A stretch of DNA of 63,909 nt, counting the filler, from Lenisia limosa (taxonomy: Eukaryota; Protista; Breviatea): the NCBI GenBank assembly GCA_001655205.1. It is 14 parts of 14 records of this genome, joined end to end, with 100 filler letters (N's around TTAATTAATTAA, not from the genome) between each part and the next. Parts side by side here need not be neighbours in the genome. Positions count along the whole stretch, not along the records: positions 57,546 to 61,439 come from LPNZ01004608.1; positions 61,540 to 62,720 come from LPNZ01000328.1; positions 62,821 to 63,909 come from LPNZ01000865.1; 11 more parts are not named here. One strand, written 5' to 3'. Both the position numbers and the translations under genes were made by a program. Positions 60,879-63,909 of the stretch are shown here, piece after piece. The first letter of the stretch is position 1. Each line of letters starts with the position of its first letter. A model generated the notes under the pieces. It saw only the letters and a list, made by a program, of their open reading frames with translations, made no database searches and was not told the origin of the DNA.

Positions 60879-61226
60879 TCTCTTTTCGTCCTCTGGAGCT
60901 CTCTTTATCAATGTACTCAATGTAGAAATAATCATTCAATAAGGATACGATATTACTTGGCACTGGGAGGTCCACACCATCACGCTTATCAGAGATATTG
61001 GATTATTTTATGTCTTATATTATACTATCGTGATGGTGGAGCTTCACCACACAACAACCTTATTTCTCATTGCTATTTACTATTACTGTATTATATATGA
61101 TATATTCCTTCGAGAAAAGTTACGATTTTGCAAAACCAACACTAACAGGATCGCAAAACCAAGCATCAATAATTATATTACATTCGAAATCAGCACCATA
61201 TTAGAGACCTCAGGATGATCCAAGAT

Positions 61227-61295
61227 CTACTTTCTCCTTCCTTGTCTTTTGGCATTGGGGTTACGGCGACCGTGACCAATGGTCCGTCCTTCCAG
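61227..61295 (-). CDS. Terminal exon, possibly of NOB1
   Basis: TTTTCAG acceptor, then LEGRTIGHGRRNPNAKRQGRRK*, resembling the NOB1 C-terminal G.GR(R/K)NPN motif. Only 22 aa are visible. Confidence 0.35.
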   Translation of the reverse strand: MEGRTIGHGRRNPNAKRQGRRK

Positions 61296-61539
61296 CTGAA
61301 AATGTGAGGAGAGGTTTTGGGAATATAATCGGGAAAGGAGAACAACAATACAAATAAAGCCCAGGCCAGTCGCTTCACATCCCAGCGTGTACAGGACATT
61401 TTAATGAAGAATATTGGTGTGAAGGTACAGGTGTATAGCNNNNNNNNNNNNNNNNNNNNNNNNNNNNNNNNNNNNNNNNNNNNTTAATTAATTAANNNNN
61501 NNNNNNNNNNNNNNNNNNNNNNNNNNNNNNNNNNNNNNN

Positions 61540-62720
61540 TCCCGTCACCCTCCGTCGTCGCCGGCTTTCTTTAGCCGAAATAGCGCAGGCCGTTCAATTG
61601 GCCTGGCTCAAGCGGTCATGGACCAAGGCCACCGATGCCAACCTACCGGCCACGGTTGATCTTGGCATCCAAGCGGGATCGGAGAGTATGGGTCACGGCC
61701 CGGGGTCGATTACCGAGGCTGTGTGCACTCGTCATGGGCTCAACCTCGCCAAGGCTCTGCAGAAGGCGCCAATCCGATCTGGGCTGGTGGGTGGGGGCAT
61801 GCCTTGTTTGCAGACAGTCACTGTTATTTCACCCTTGTTTACAGATAATCCATGTTATATGTCGGTTAACTCGGTTTTAGTCAGGGCGTAGTATCCTGTC
61901 TTCAGCCATCGACATTGTACTGGACGCACCTCTCACAAACACGGTGCACACAGACTGGAAGCGTGGGGGGGAGGGTTCATTATCCTTGCTTCATATTGAA
62001 CCGCCCCTGACTTTTCCTGCAGTAATCACCCTGAATCTGGTGTCACTTGTTGCGTCAATCAAGGACGGATTTCTTGGCCCAGACCCGAGTGAAGACGCTG
62101 AAGCCGGTGGGGGGTCTGATAATTCCCATGAAAAGTGTCATTGTTTCGAGTGCTTTCTTGAACACCCGGAGATATACCCAAATACAACTCTCTTTTCAGT
62201 ATGCTAACCTTTCCAGCTTTTGAGGAGCTGACAAGCCTGGTCTCTTCCCTCAACAAATGGAGTCACACTGGTGAAGGTATGATGGGAGATGAGGGTTTTG
62301 CCATTGCAGCAATCCACGGCCACAACACAATCCTCTCATATCTCAAGGGGCGATTTCCTTTGCCCGTGTCGGACTCAAATGACACTCCTCACCTCCCAGC
62401 ACCCCCCATGTCCGATGTTGACGATGCACTGGAAGAAAGCCATGACCAGACAATTACCTCGGCCTCTGTGGACGTCTCGCAATGCCTTAAACTGGGCCTC
62501 CAAACCGCTCAAAATGACCTTTCGGGTGGGACTTTCAAGGGCTGTTCTCACTTTTAATTCGTGTCATTTAGCTGTCACTAATACCCTCCTGACTGTGTAG
62601 TTGGCGAGGCAAAGGCCGTTCTGGGTAACGCATGGGTTCACTTGTCACTTGCGCGTCTTTCGCTCCTGTGGCCAGCCTCGGCTATCGACCCCGCTGAAAG
62701 GGCCCGATACAAGCTTGGTA
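61540..62720 (+). CDS. Probable midasin (MDN1/Rea1) linker-region fragment
   Basis: Final exon GEAKAVLGNAWVHLSLARLSLLWPASAIDPAERARYKL resembles the recalled midasin motif G.(A/L)WV..GL..L....P....DPA.K. Upstream exons are open but unassigned. Confidence 0.5.
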
Positions 62721-62833
62721 NNNNNNNNNNNNNNNNNNNNNNNNNNNNNNNNNNNNNNNNNNNNTTAATTAATTAANNNNNNNNNNNNNNNNNNNNNNNN
62801 NNNNNNNNNNNNNNNNNNNNGGTAGCAGCCTAC

Positions 62834-63909
62834 CCGTGGAAGACGATGATGCGGCCGAGCAGGTAGTGTCGTGTGTAGCCCCAGATAATGGTGAAAATTG
62901 AGAATCTAAATTGTGAGATAATAGAGAACTAAATTGTAAACATTGAGAAGTAAAATAAGTATCTGTAAAGAGATACTGAAGTATTGTATTTCATACCAGC
63001 GATAATAATAATAATAGTGAATAAACTAGATAGTGGAGTATCGTATTATATTAACAATAAATATTGAAGATCCAGAAATGGGTTGAAATAGTTCACACAT
63101 AACAGAAAATAATATGGACCAATTAAAATATTTGTGATGGTAAACCCCGGCCGAAAAAGACCAGTAATATCGATAGTTTTCGGATATAGCATCGAGAAAT
63201 TCAGCCATTTTTTTGACCCGAAGTGAAGCCCTATTGCCAATCCTACATAAAGGTGCCAAACGTCTCATATCCGCACATATGGACTGCCTGAGTGGTGAAA
63301 TGATGATGAAATGTAATGTTTGGTTTTGAATTTGTTCCTTTCGATTCGAAAGTCGGCCAAATGTGAAATATCTTGTTTTACAGAGTCAGAAAACAAGGCA
63401 AGAACAATAAAAGTAAGCAATATTTTTTAAGACGAACACTAGCAATTCTTTAAGGAAAACATTCTTGACAAAAAGTACAGGCAAGCAATTCTTTCAGGAA
63501 TAGGAAGCAAATCTATCAAAAAAAAAAACACAAAAGCAAGCAATTCTAATTCTTTCAGTAATAGAAAACAAACCTTTGAGAAATGCAGCAGAATATCGGA
63601 TGCGTCGTGAATCGCACTAATTTGTACGCCATTTGAGGTGTGGCTGTAAGGTCAACAGCTGATAAAGCAGAGAAATGTCAATAAAGCAGAGAATAAAGCA
63701 GAGAAATGTCAGCAAAGCAGAGAAATTTCAATAAAACAGAGGAATGTCAATAAAACAGAGAATAAAGCAGAGGAATGTAACATAGCGCATCAAATATGTA
63801 TCATAATGTCCTACTCCCCGTCGCGTACTTTAAGCCGTATGAGACCACAAGGAGAACGATTGTCACAATATGGTGCGACAACATCACCACTCCATTGTCA
63901 CCGGCTAAA
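62834..63909 (-). CDS. LAG1: LAG1/TLC-family ceramide synthase, internal fragment
   Basis: DNGVVMLSHHIVTIVLLVVSYGL, GVQISAIHDASDILLHFSK, AVHMCGYETFGTF, FSIFTIIWGYTRHYLLGRII. Lag1 motif with both HH and HDxSD intact. Confidence 0.93.
63143..63231. mobile_element. MITE family A copy (ceramide synthase intron)
   Basis: CCGAAAAAGACC...CCGAAGTGAAGCCC|TA. Confidence 0.75.
63660..63780. repeat. Degenerate tandem repeat (~19-bp unit) in ceramide synthase intron
   Basis: AATAAAGCAGAGAAATGTC-like units. Confidence 0.75.

Noticed and set aside
62201-62557. Ankyrin motif AAIHGHNTILSYL
   Set aside because: Isolated half-motif; the downstream exon fits midasin better.
21031-62820. Thirteen TTAATTAATTAA motifs as a biological repeat
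   Set aside because: Always centred in exactly N44...N44 with stops in six frames; an assembly linker.
35168-63909. Sphingolipid/phospholipid gene cluster (sphingosine kinase, ceramide synthase, PLC, CTL)
   Set aside because: The genes lie on different linker-separated contigs, so adjacency is not evidence of linkage.

Overview
Intron-rich, moderately AT-rich eukaryotic DNA, probably from a flagellated protist (an axonemal dynein is present). The window is not one contiguous locus. It is 14 assembly pieces joined by 13 artificial N44-TTAATTAATTAA-N44 linkers, with many further internal N gaps, so gene neighbourhood is only meaningful within a piece. I built the gene models by hand-splicing GT-AG exons; most are partial. 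Genes found: gamma-COP, a MARCH6/Doa10-like RING-CH E3 ligase, IRE1, E2F, an At4g15545/NAIP-like coiled-coil protein, an axonemal dynein heavy chain fragment, a RhoGAP lacking its arginine finger, a PI-PLC fragment, a sphingosine/ceramide kinase, an ankyrin gene, CTL/SLC44, DUS1, Sec10/EXOC5, PABPN1, a secreted fibrinogen/intelectin-like protein, probable midasin and NOB1 fragments, and a LAG1 ceramide synthase. Introns hold several dispersed repeat families: two TA-flanked MITE families, a decayed Tc1 transposase, an unclassified ~150-bp repeat, and two repeats that run into splice acceptors. The strongest candidate for a novel system is the ankyrin locus (40160-42877). It has ten tandem, phase-0, one-repeat-per-exon cassettes whose variation is concentrated on the ligand-binding surface, consistent with a modular, shuffleable binder. 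Also notable are G-run/C-run complementary intron ends and an apparent 22-nt GT-TG intron inside the MARCH6 RING domain. No rRNA, tRNA or CRISPR array was recognised.
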